A stretch of 64,000 bases of DNA from Octopus vulgaris. Lineage: Eukaryota. Below, piece by piece: positions 13,422-25,892 of the stretch. Position 1 is the first letter of the stretch. Every line of letters begins with the position of its first letter. A model generated the notes under the pieces. The model searched no databases and had not been told where the DNA came from. It saw only the letters and a list, made by a program, of their open reading frames with translations. Made by a program: the position numbers and the translations under genes. The stretch covers positions 57,350,001 through 57,414,000 of the forward strand of contig OX597825.1 of assembly GCA_951406725.2 (NCBI GenBank). Direction: 5' to 3'.

Positions 13422-13660
13422 TTAAAATGAGGGTGAGAAATTTGATATTATATAATTTAATTAACATCAATTTAACACGAGTGGTCAACCGTATTAAACT
13501 CTGAAAGTTCAGTAAATTGTATTATATACATATGAGAGGGATGACCCCTATGTGAACAACCCTCATGTTAAATTTTCCTTGAGAACATAGCGGATCTACT
13601 TCTAGCATAAGGGTTGTCCACATATTGGTCATCCCTCTCATATGTGTGTGTGTGTATATA

Positions 13661-14061
13661 TACTCTTTTTACTTGTTTCAGTCATTTGACTGCGGCCATG
13701 CTGGAGCACCACCTTTAATCGAGCAACTCGACCCCGGGACTTATTCTTTGTAAGCCCAGTACTTATTCTATCGGTCTCTTTTTGCCAAACCGCTAAGTGA
13801 CGGGGACATAAACACACCAGCATCGGTTGTCAAGCAATGCTAGGGGGACAAACACAGACACATAAACACACACACATACATATATATATACATATATACA
13901 ACGGACGTCTTTCAGTTTCCAGCTACCAAATCCACTCACAAGGCTTTGGTTGGCCCGAGGCTATAGTAGAAGACACTTGCCCAAGGTGCCACGCAGTGGG
14001 ACTGAACCCGGAACCATGTGGTTGGTAAACAAGCTACTTACCACACAGCCACTCCTGCGCC
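13661..14061 (-). mobile_element. SINE family A (duplication copy 1)
   Basis: Full-length family A consensus. Confidence 0.9.
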
Positions 14062-14275
14062 ACTTTCAATGACAAACAACTAAATGGCTAAAATACAGCA
14101 CAAATTAAAATGATTCTTTTGAAGTCAGGAATAAGTTAGAGGTATTTTCAGTCATGTTTTTTTTTGTGTATATGTTTCATTTACGTTTGAAGAGTAGAAA
14201 TATATATTGTATTTGTAATTATGTTTTTTCATCCCTAATATTTTGAAAATGAAAAACAATGCGTCTCAATATAAG

Positions 14276-14308
<33 letters not shown>

Positions 14309-14548
14309 TTTAAAATGAGGGTGAGAAATTTGATATTATATAATTTAATTAACATCAATTTAACACGAGTGGTCAACCGTATTAAACTCTGAAAGTTCAG
14401 TAAATTGTATTATATACATATGAGAGGGATGACCCCTATGTGAACAACCCTCATGTTAAATTTTCCTTGAGAACATAGCGGATCTACTTCTAGCATAAGG
14501 GTTGTCCACATATTGGTCATCCCTCTCATATGTGTGTGTGTGTATATA

Positions 14549-14946
14549 TACTCTTTTTACTTGTTTCAGTCATTTGACTGCGGCCATGCTGGAGCACCAC
14601 CTTTAATCGAGCAACTCGACCCCGGGACTTATTCTTTGTAAGCCCAGTACTTATTCTATCGGTCTCTTTTGCCAAACCGCTAAGTGACGGGGACATAAAC
14701 ACACCAGCATCGGTTGTCAAGCAATGCTAGGGGGACAAACACAGACACATAAACACACACACATACATATATATATACATATATACAACGGACGTCTTTC
14801 AGTTTCCAGCTACCAAATCCACTCACAAGGCTTTGGTTGGCCCGAGGCTATAGTAGAAGACACTTGCCCAAGGTGCCACGCAGTGGGACTGAACCCGGAA
14901 CCATGTGGTTGGTAAACAAGCTACTTACCACACAGCCACTCCTGCG

Positions 14947-14948
<2 letters not shown>
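14549..14948 (-). mobile_element. SINE family A (duplication copy 2)
   Basis: Essentially identical to 13661-14061; followed by ~90 bp of (TA)n. Confidence 0.9.
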
Positions 14949-15041
<93 letters not shown>

Positions 15042-15045
<4 letters not shown>

Positions 15046-15213
15046 AATAAATGGACTTAAACGCAGGTGTTATTCAAATTCTTTTACTTTTGACATATGT
15101 TTCGAAGACAATATTGATTTTATTCCAAAGAATAAAACCAATGTTGTCTTTTAAACATATGTCAAAAGTAAAAGAATTTGAATAACACTTGTGTTCAACT
15201 CCATTTATTTACT
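15042..15213. repeat. ~170-bp near-perfect palindrome
   Basis: AGTAAATAAATGGA...TTTTATTC-CAAA-GAATAAAA...TCCATTTATTTACT. Confidence 0.9.
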
Positions 15214-15362
15214 TATACTATACAAATTACTGCATATTAACCCGAGGTTTCTACCTTTGAATAGGTCGCTACATCTTTGTTACTTGTGTGAATTTTGCTA
15301 CCCTGGGAACTGTTTATTGAATTTTCCGTGGTAACTGTAAACAAAGGATAATTCATTCATCC

Positions 15363-15428
<66 letters not shown>

Positions 15429-15832
15429 CAGATACATATGCAAATACATACACATACCTACACACCAATACAAGAAGAGACAAAAGCACATATACATATA
15501 TACATGTGTAGCAGGCTTCTTTCAGTTTCCGTCTACCATAGATAGATAGATAGATAGATATAGGAAGAGACCAAGGGATACAGCAGTTCTGATCCTTTAA
15601 ACTAAACAGTCTCTGGTAAAAAAAAAAGTGGTTTGTTTTTTGCCAATTTTTAATTTTTGATTATCAAATGATTACCTTCAAAGTTACACAGGACATACAG
15701 ATTTCAGAAATAAGTCACATATACGTTTAACTTCGAAGTTACTGTCGATATAAATATGATAAATATATTGTATTGAGTTATTCTGTCATAGCTTCTTGTT
15801 TCTATAAAATAAATATGCGCATATATATATAT

Positions 15833-16471
15833 AGGTTCTACTTAAAAAGAGTGGTCCCGGTGCGCGCACTCGCACAAGCTAGTCGTGACCAGTCAATCCT
15901 TACTTTGTGTTTTTGTTTTATTTACTTTGTGTAAAAAAATTGCCATTTTTTCTAGCGGTGTCATATGAAATTGTCACCCATAATTATGACCCTAGAATCG
16001 ATCTATTGCATTTCAATCTGTTTTAGATTTAGGGTTAGAGTTAGGGGTGGGGGAAGGGTATATTTTTTTCTTCATAAATGTAAATAAACCCAATGTGTTT
16101 CTTAAACGAGGGACATATTCATACGGCACAGAATGTTGTTTACCTCAATGGACGCCAGTGATTGATTAAAACTGCCGAAAGGCAAGAAATTAAAGACGAA
16201 ATATGTTACAAACTACAGAATTTTCTTAAGAAAGCCAAGAGAAAATGATGTTTTATAAACACATTCTACCAGTATACGACGTTTAAAATTTTTTAGTTAC
16301 CTAGAAATTATGTTAAAAACTGCCGTTCAAACCGAAAAGTTCCAAAAATTATTTATTTTGTGTTTTATTTTGCTCGGTAGACGTTGTAAGATCGACTAGT
16401 CACGACTAGCCAGCGCGGATGCGGGAGTACGCGAGTGCGCGCACCGGGACCACTCATCTTAAGTAGTACCT
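15833..16471. mobile_element. MITE with ~70-bp GC-rich TIRs inserted in (TA)n
   Basis: AGGTTCTACTTAAAAAGAGTGGTCCCGGTGCGCGCACTCGC ... GCGAGTGCGCGCACCGGGACCACTCATCTTAAGTAGTACCT. Confidence 0.85.
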
Positions 16472-18169
16472 ATATATATATATATATGCATATCAGAATA
16501 CTGATAGACTAAAGTCTACTAATTCATTAATTCATATGAACATTTGTTATGTACTTTTTGATGATAAGCCTAATGATATACTCTGTGCAACTACGTTTGT
16601 TTGTGTGTGACAAGCTGCTCGTCCCAAAACTTTCGTTATACCGCCATATATGAAAATAAGACTGAACTATCTTGCAGTTTATTATTCTTTTGTACCTTTC
16701 TACTTCTCCTGTAACTCTAATAACGATCAAAATGAACTTATTTCATCCTTTCCGAGTATCAGTATCTCAATAATACAATGCCGATCGATGTTAATCGACT
16801 ACAATTTCCATAGTTCGCTTGCTGACTACATAAATTGTTAAGATGGCAGAAACTGGAAAGAGCGACTCAAACTGCTTCGTCGAATTTACCTGAGCTACTT
16901 AATGTTCTGAATTCAAATCACATTCGGGTTCACTTTGCTCTTCATCCTTCGGACGCCGATAAAATAAGATATCAGTGAAGTAGCCAGTTTTATTAACAAT
17001 ATCCCTCCCACAAAAAAGGACATGTAGGGCCTTATACAGAAGAGAGAAATAATAGATATCATTATTACTCTTAGCGAGGTGGCTGGAGCTTTTGCGCATC
17101 GAAAAATACACCATGGAATATTTCAACCAGTTTTTTTTTACATCTCACTGAGTTCAATATTGTTTTTCATCCCCACGGAATCAATAAGTGCTCAGATAGA
17201 TGGTATCAATTTGGTCCCTCCATCCAAAACTGTTGGCCTTATATCAATATTGGAAATTTTCTACAAATACGTTTCAGATGGTGTAGATTCGATTATATCG
17301 AAATTTGTGATGAAAAACAATGTTTTTTCCCCCACAAGAATGGGTTTCGGACACGAGTCGGCTTTGTTTCCTCATAACTTTCCGAATAATGAGTAATTTT
17401 TTATGAAATTTTCAAACACTACCCTTCAGGATGTGCAGAAACGATTATATCGGAATTTAGTGTGTGTATATAAAATTAGGCGTGCTCGCACAACATACAT
17501 ACTGATACGCATCACCTATCTATAAAATGAAACTTGAAATTTCGAAAACAGATTGTGATGTGTGTCAGTATGTATATGTACGTGTCCACCAATTTTGTTT
17601 TACATATTAAATGTTGATATATTCGTGATCTGCACCATCTGGAGCGTATTTGTAGAAAATTTCATTAAAAACTATTCATTTTTTCTAGACGTAATGAGGG
17701 AAGGGGATACATGTGTAGGTATGGAAAGAGGAAGAGAGATAGAGAGAATTAACAGATGAGATCCAGAGATGCTCAATATAGATTCTATATTGAGCATTAG
17801 GGCAAATTGCAAATCATCTGATTACTGTAGAGGCGTTTATCAGAGAAAAATATTCAGTCAAGACCAGCGTTGCCAAAATTGTTATGTTCGTGGTGGACAC
17901 GTACGTGTTTGACAAAATTTATGCGTTGTTATGTTTGTAACGTTTCGAGATAAACATTTGCTACGTTTTCGAATACAAAATTTTTTTATTTAATAATACA
18001 GAGAAATAAATTTTATTGCCTTCACAGTGTTTACCGTTTTACTAAATTAAATTAGAAAATTGGACAAAACAGAGAACACAATTAAAAAAAATTAAAACGA
18101 AAAAAGAGAGAAACAAAAGATCCAAAGATTTTTTTTTAAAACCCAAACAATTCACCACCTTGAGTTGAA

Positions 18170-18450
18170 AAGTTGGGAGCATTGGGAAACCTCTTTAATG
18201 GCTATTGAGGCATGCCAGCAGCGTTGCCACGGGTGATGGCGAGGCTGATGCGCTGGAACAGTGAAGCGCCCTCACGAGCCTCAACATTTACCTCTGCAAG
18301 GCGAGTTGCCAGTGAAGACAGGAATCTCGCAGTTAGTGGTCTGATCCCACCAAACGTCTCGAACGTAGTTGGCCGACAGATAGCGGTATTTCAGGATTTT
18401 GTTCCGCTCGACCGCAGAAGCTGTGTATCTCGTCCTGACCGCTGCGTCCA
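18170..18450 (-). mobile_element. Inverted copy of the CRE-like retrotransposon 3' end
   Basis: Reverse complement of ~19049-19344, with substitutions and a ~17-bp deletion. Confidence 0.9.
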
Positions 18451-19344
18451 CTCCGTGTGACTTTGTCTCTTAGACGACTGAAAGAGAAGCACCCACCGGC
18501 GCTCCCTGATAATCAGCTAAACTGGCCCGATCCCCTAGAATACTGGAGACCCGTCTTCACCTCTGATAACATCAGAAAGGCGATTTCATCCTTCCTGGGA
18601 CAGCATAATTTCGAAGGCCACCTTCGACTCCCTCTTCATTCAGTCGGGCCAGTTTTCAAAGTACCGCTTACTGTCTGCTAGCGCTAAATACTCAGGTGAC
18701 TGAATTGATGCCATTCCTGTGGCCTACTCAGCTTAGACGAACTTCGTGTCTCCATTGCCCTCAGTGGGAGCTGACGTATGCACGGGCTTGACCTGTTGTT
18801 GTGGCAGGCTCCTCGACTCCACAGGCCTCCATTCTTGCCGCTTGAATACTGGTCGCTTCGCGCGTCATACGGAGTTGAACCTGATACTCAAGAGGATCTT
18901 GGCCCGGGCAAACATCCCCTCCATCTTGGAACCATCTGGACTGTCCAGATGTGATGGGAAGAGACCTGACGGCCCCACCCTGTGCTCCTGGTCGCAAGGC
19001 AGATGCCTTGTTTGGGATGTCACAGCGATTCCTTTGCTTCTCACATCCTGGATGCTGCGGTCAGGGAGAGATACACAGCTTCTGCGGCCGAGCGGAACAA
19101 AATCCTGAAATACCGCGATCCGTCGGCCAACTACATTGTCCATCCTGTGGCGTTCGAGACGTTTGGTGGGATCAGACCACTAACTGCGAGATTCCTGTCT
19201 TCACTGGCAACTCACCTTGCAGAGGTAACTAGTGAGGCTCGTGAGGGCGCTTCACTGTTCCAACGCATCAGCCTCACCATCAGCCGCGGCAACGCTGCAA
19301 GCGTACCTCAATAGCCATTAGAGAGGTTTCTCAGCTCCCCCAAC
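18451..19344 (+). mobile_element. CRE-clade-like (restriction-like endonuclease) non-LTR retrotransposon, RT deleted
   Basis: Pre-RT motif LKEKHP...IRKAISSF joined directly to the C-terminal region: C-C-H-C knuckle, RH..LN, EP.GL..DGKRPDG..W..G..LVWDVT, PVAFETFGG, FQRISLTISRGNAA. GC-rich relative to its surroundings. Confidence 0.85.
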
Positions 19345-20020
19345 AATCTACAGATTAAATACTAAAAACAGCTTGTTTCCAATCCAGAAAATTCGTAAGG
19401 CCCTCTCAAAATTTTCTCAGGCACTCTCATAATTTTCCCAGACCCACTAGTGGGCCTCAAGCCCAACGTTGAAAACCTTGATATAAACCACAGTAGCGCT
19501 CAAATGATTTGAACTTACACTCCGAAATCTTTACCGAGAACTAAGTCCGTGTGGCTACAAGAAGACTCCAGGTGAGTTGATATAGAGATAATGATGCAAG
19601 TAAACAAATAAACAAGCTTGGACTTGATAAATAAAATATGCACACATGCAAATAGAAAGAAACAAAGACTTAAAATATTCAGACAATGAACGCTCGTGTA
19701 TAAATATATAGATATTTCTATAGTAACAGAATAGATTTACACAGAGTACAAAGACACAGAAAATTAAGGGGAGAAGGTATGGTATTACAGATCCGACAAG
19801 CTGTCTTTTCTTTCTTTTTTTTTTTTTGATGGGATGGGGCTCGGAATTACGCATTGTTGGCAGATGGAGTTCGCACAAAGTCAAGAGTATGCGACGAGTA
19901 GTGAATGCATATAAACATTATGGTAAATCAGGCCTCCGTCTTCAGGGTGGAGAGATTGCCTGCATACGAGTGCTCCCGACTTTGTTTCCTCGTAACTTTC
20001 AGAGTAATGGATATTATTCA

Positions 20021-21469
20021 GTACATATTTAGATGACTATGACCTCAGTAGATTCTGCCCCAACAGGTCACAGAGGGGAAGACCACCCACCATCACTTCA
20101 GCAGTGAAGAAAAGCACCACAGAGCGCTGGAGTGGATGGATCGCACCCACCCAAAACTCCGAGAACAACAATCAGATGAAAGAAATGATTGCACATGCAA
20201 TACGAGCCAGTGTAAAACCACATAGTAAAGTTTAACAAAAAACCTATACATGCAGGTTCAAGGTGCAGCCATTGGTGTAGGTATAGCTGGAGATGTGGCT
20301 GGCCTCTTCATGACCTCGAGGGACAGAAAACTTAACAAATGTTAGCAGAACAGTCCACAACTCTTCTATTCTACAGTAGATATGTAGATGTCATTAATAT
20401 CATAGGACCAACTCTAGTGACGGTAATGTAGAACCTGAGAAGAACGTAATGGAGAGCATCCAGTAAATAGCTAACTCCATCCACCAAAGTATCAAGGTAA
20501 CTATAAATTACCCCACTAAGCACCCCAACAATAGACTCCCTGTACTTGATACTGAACTTTGGTTAGAGACTGTGAACAACAGAGTGCATCAAAGCTAAGT
20601 TCTTGTCACACATGAAAATTAACATACTGAGCAGACTTGGTTAGAATAATGAACAATGTGCCTTCACTATGCGAACCCTATGAAACGAAAAAACACATAC
20701 AGAACTTCGTGCACCGCATGCAGTTCTCTGGATATGATCAGAAAGATAGGGTTCGAGTATACAGGGGAGCTAGAAAGAAATTAGACAATATTTACGTAAT
20801 GGTACAAGTGGTACCTGCCATAGATATAGAAACAAGGAATAGAATAGGATACAAAGAACTTGTGACAAAGCAAACAGGGCGAACACGTAGTATAAAACCG
20901 ACAAATATGAAGGAGTGATGTTTGTAGAGGCCACAACCAATAGAGAACTAGCCCGTAGATTTAGAAAAGCTCTGAAGGAGACCAAACTCAACATTAAGAT
21001 TGTTGAAAAGCCAAGGAACTCCGTCAGATCACAACTATGTAGGATGTACCCCTTTGAGAATACCGTATGCACCAATGATAACTGCATGGTATTTAGGATT
21101 AGCCCCGACATTAACTGTAGAACTCGAAATGTAGTTTACAGCATAAGATGCATAGAAGGTGCTTGTAAAGACATGAACATAACGTACATAGGGGAGACGT
21201 CTAGGAGCATTGCGGAACGGATAAATAAACATCTGAGACAATATGACGACAAAAAACAGTCCTCCATACTCTACCAACATGCCAAAAACCACCATGGAGG
21301 CAACTTGGGTCAATTTGACATCCGCATCTTATCCAAGCATCCAAAAGACCCAACACTCAGACAAATACGGGAGTACGTCCTTATAAATGAAACTTCCCCA
21401 ATACTAAATAGGAAATTAGTAGATATCATACCCCCATACCCACAGTTTACAACAGGTAGAGTAGAATAG
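20021..21469 (+). mobile_element. Penelope-like element (decayed RT plus C-terminal GIY-YIG endonuclease)
   Basis: RT motifs QGAAIGVGIAGDVAGLFM, SRYVD and RLPVLDTELW. ORF 20915-21469 contains CRTRNVVYSIRC..C..YIGETSRSIAERINKH and RQIRE..INETSPILNRK. Confidence 0.9.
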
Positions 21470-22089
21470 TTAGTGGGCTGTTATGTAGATAGATGCATGT
21501 GTGTGTGTGTGTGTGTGGGGAGTATATATGTGTATATGCACATGTATGTAAGCATATGGATATGAAAATAAACAGATCGACATACAGACGGATAGGTACA
21601 TAGGTTATATAACAGACGCAAATGGAGACTGAAACACATGACCATGTATACACACACACACACAGATATGCACACACAAGGAGACAGAGATGCATACATA
21701 TACAAACACACGCACACACACACACACAAATACACAAACACGGACATGCAAGCACATAAATATGCAGAATACATACATACAGATGCACACATATACATAC
21801 ACACACATATATACATACACATACATGCATGCATAGGCACACACACACTGACCCCCACACAGGCGCACAAACAAAAAGTGTAAATAACGGACAGAGTCAA
21901 GACTATTGAAAAGGTTTGCAAGACGCAACGAAAATTTTAGGAAAAGAAAAATAAGGAATAATTGGAAATTTTACCCGTGAGTGTGTTATATTATAAGGCA
22001 CAAAAAGAAAATGACTCTCCCCAGAAACAACAGAATATGCTTCAACACACGAACTCACATAAAGAATCTTGCAAACCAAATCCAAAAAC

Positions 22090-22388
22090 GAAATATTCAG
22101 TGGAATTTTCTACAGAAACTTATTACATGACGTAGAGTTGCGCTTATGTCGGAATTTAATGTGGTGAAATAAAAAATGGTGGTCGCACACACACAGATAC
22201 TGATATGCATCACATATATATGTGATATGATGCTTGTCAGTATTTGTGTGCGTGCGACCACCATGTCAATGTGTATGTGTGCGTGTTCATCATGTTTTTT
22301 TTTTCCACATTAAATTCCGATCGAAATATTCATTAAAAAATATTGATTTTTCTGAAAGTTATGAGGAAACAAAGTAGTAGGTGTGCTA
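22090..22388. mobile_element. Right part of a hairpin-containing non-autonomous element; left end at ~19965-20020
   Basis: ACTTTGTTTCCTCGTAACTTTCAG (19979) is inverted relative to CTGAAAGTTATGAGGAAACAAAGT (~22352). Internal hairpin at 22149-22320; related copy at 17350-17520. Confidence 0.55.
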
Positions 22389-22422
22389 TACATACATACA
22401 TATGCGTGTGTGCATATATATA

Positions 22423-22651
22423 TTTCTTCACTATCCACAAGGGGCTAAACATAGAGAGGACAAACAAGGACAGACAAACAGATTAAGTCGATAGCACCGA
22501 CCCCAGTGCGTAACTGGTACTTAATTTATCGACCCCGAAAGGATGAAAGGCAAAGTCGACCTCAGCGGAATTTGAACCCAGAACGTAACGGCAGACGAAA
22601 TACGGCTAAGCATTTCGCCCGGCGTGCTAACGTTTCTGCCAGCTCGTCACC
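22423..22651 (-). mobile_element. tRNA-derived SINE, family C
   Basis: Minus head GAGCTGGCAGAAACGTTAGCACG, B-box-like GGTTCAAATTCC, core GCCTTTCATCCTTTCGGGGTCGATAAA, tail CCTTGTTTGTCCTCTCT...GCCCCTTGTGG. Confidence 0.88.
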
Positions 22652-23085
22652 TAAATATGAAGAAGACGGCCTCAGTAAATTTTATTTTACTGAAATAAGT
22701 CAGAAACCATGGCTCGGGAATTGAATTAGATGGTACATGTATATATAAATAGGCGGAATTCTGGTTTAAGTAGTCGATCACCCTTGGGTGCATCACCACT
22801 CCATTAAATGGGTTAATCGAGAGAAAAATATTGAAAAAACATCAACACGTATCAGAGTGACAAAGAAATGAGAGCGGTATCAGGTGGTCGTGGGATGTGC
22901 TAAGAATAACAGCTAAATCGTCCTTAAATCACGCATATTTTTTTCTTTTTTCATAATCCTATGAATTCCCGCGTGAAGAAGGCAAATTCGCAAAAGTTTT
23001 CTGAAAATCCTGAAAATAAGAAAAAGTTGTGAAACTCGGAGTTTTATCATGGCTACCGAATAATTGTCACATATTATATCTACAG

Positions 23086-23138
<53 letters not shown>

Positions 23139-24294
23139 TAGATAGATAGATACATACATACATACACACGCACATGCATATAGCTATAGCTATGTTCCAC
23201 GTGTGCATTTACGTAAGCATATATTAACGTGAAAACACTCAAAACACACTCGTTAATGAGGCATGTAGTCGTTTTACCCTCAGGTCAGTCCTCACAGAGA
23301 CGGCCAGTAGATGATATCTTAAAAATCCATCGCTATAATGAACACCTCACTACACACACAAACATGCTATAGTTTACCATAATATTTAATGTAGTGTGGC
23401 CGTCGGGACGTCACATTTTCTCCATTGTATTGTCTGTGTGTGTCTAGAAATAAGTTGGTGGTGGAGAGAGATTAGTAAGAAAGCAACGAACTTTTAAAAA
23501 TGTTGCTGTTTATGTCTGCGAAGTGGAGCAGGACGGACTTTTAAAAATGAAACAGTTGTGTATTATGTAGTGTGTAGGTAATTGTATAATTGTTCGACGA
23601 TGTTTACCTTTCCTCGAAACGGATCTAGTCTAGATTAATTGAACGTATTATAATGGCCATAATAATTCAAGTTACGCTCACTTTAATTACGTATGGCTAA
23701 ACATTACTATGCTTACATAGACTTAAATAGCGAACGAAATAAAGGAAAATGTACACATATATACCTACATTTATGTATATATTTATATAAAAGTTGTACT
23801 TAGATATAACTCAAACCGTACTCCCTCTCCCTTTCATACACACACACACACACATACAAATTCCCAAACAGACAAATAGATACATACATCCACGCGCAAA
23901 CAAGTTATATTAAGTTATAAATAACTTGTCGACGTTATTTCTCATCTCTTTCATAAGTATAAAAACACGCATACTACCTGTTGATTCGTCCATTCTCAGT
24001 AATTAAATGTCTCAATTAGATGAATTAAGATTGCTATATCTATCTATCTACTTATGTGAATGTGTACACACAATAGACGAGAGCTACATAAGCTCAATTT
24101 AGAAAAGACATCGTAATGATCAAATAAATTTGAACTTGCGAATTCTTCATTCAGGGCGAAACCCAAGGTTTCAAGAGTGGCCGTAAAAGAAATCCCAAAT
24201 GGGCTGATATAGAGGGAGCAATACAGATAAACAATTAGGCTTCACACACACACACACACACACACAAATACATGCATCTACATTTATTAATACA

Positions 24295-25750
24295 CAAACA
24301 TATTTACACAGAGGGCAAAAGAAAAATATGAAAATATGTAATTTCGTAACTCGACAGCTGTTTCAGGAAGCTCAGAGTCACGTAATAATCATAATCTTAC
24401 AATGGGCGTTATATCCGTCTGTTCGTCTCTTTGTCTGTTGCCTCTTCTCGGCCAGACGACTGGACCAGTGATTACGATATTTTTCGGGTTTACAAAGACG
24501 ATCGTCAGGGAGGTTTTTAGTATTGAAATATCAGAAAGTATGATTATTTCGTGGATATCGATTTTTGAATTGATAAACCACCTTCGCATTTTTATTAAAA
24601 ATTCACTGACCACTAGTAACTCTGGATTTTCACCGTATAGTTCATGGCCCCATCGTAGATACGAAGGGGGTCGCGAGGACAGTTAATAACGAAAATAAAA
24701 TGGCAGCTGACCAGACAGAAGGGCTAGAAGAAATAAGCAAGGAAGGTGAATAGTAAGTGTGGGAGTAGCGGAGGAATAAAGTATGTTGAAATAATGAGCA
24801 TATGGTACAAGGAGAAAAAGAGAAAGAAAATGGTGCTAAATAATAAGTAGAGTTTTATTTGCAAATAGGACAAATCATAGACTTTATGTAATGAGCAAAT
24901 GTGAAATAAAATTTGTATTTACACGTGAAGATTATATCAGAAAATCTACTGAGTAACGAGGTATTATGATTGCAAAGACCAGCGAAGGATTTCCTGCAAC
25001 ATAACTTACAAACACGATGGTTAGTGTTGTACGGGGAGCCATACAAACTACAGATAGGGTAAGGTGCAGGGAATGCTCTGGGACTCGAGGTGGTGTACAT
25101 ACACAGCTAAAGAGGTAGAGAGTTTAGAGGCTCTATTTAAGAATAACTTCAAGTGAACCCGGTAGCGGCGCTTGAAATCAATGGTGCTGCCTATGTAGAC
25201 CCTAGAACGTGGGAACATGGGATTATTATTACTTGGCATTTATATAACGACGTTAGAGAGTAAACAAAATCCATGTAACGGACATAGTTAGGACACCCGA
25301 CAATTTCAGGTTTTCCCACTGCTTTGTTGATTCATGTGATCAGTTATCTATGAAGTAGGATCAGCGGTGTTTCGTAACTAGTATGGAGCTGGGAGAGAGC
25401 ATCAACGCAATCACATGCGTTAAGGCTACAAGTATTAGGGGCGATTGTACTAACGTCACTTTTCGTTCTTACTCTATCTCCTCTTTTCCTTCAACTGTTT
25501 ATATCTGCTGACACTACTATTTGAACCGCTTTCGCTAATTTTCTCTTGACGAGGGAAGACGGACTTATTGTAATATCTCCATGTAACTGGTAACCGATTA
25601 CATACTTTCACTTAATTGCAGATTTCATTTGCAAGTCATGATTATTATGTAGCTCTCAGCTTCCCGAAACAGCTGTAGTGTTAAGAAATTACATATTTTC
25701 TTCATATCTTTCTATATTTTTGTGCTCCATGTAAATATATAGCGTGTTTT
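24295..25750 (-). mobile_element. 5'-truncated Penelope-like element with an inverted terminal (pLTR-like) copy
   Basis: GIY-YIG remnant VYIGSTIDFKRRYRVH..F..STSLAVYV, CKLC and DIIFTCKYK (24855-25260). 24320-24395 is inverted relative to 25638-25710. Confidence 0.8.
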
Positions 25751-25846
25751 TCTCTCACACACTCATTCGTTCATCTCTGCGTCTGTGCATTTAGCATGTT
25801 TTTCCGTCCGTTGTTTATTACTATACATGTTTGACTTCTGAATGTA

Positions 25847-25892
<46 letters not shown>

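Larger units (their letters stand above)
13175..14948 (+). repeat. Tandem direct duplication, ~888-bp unit (13175-14061 / 14063-14948)
   Basis: The copies look identical except at homopolymer and microsatellite lengths. Each holds a hairpin and a family A SINE. Confidence 0.95.

Noticed and set aside
17770-17797. 28-bp palindrome TGCTCAATATAGATTCTATATTGAGCA
   Set aside because: Too short and AT-rich to assign a function.
23607-23993. Alternative first exon MDEST plus a 17/22-nt microexon on minus
   Set aside because: The phases do not join the 10757 exon, and the 22-nt form creates a stop.
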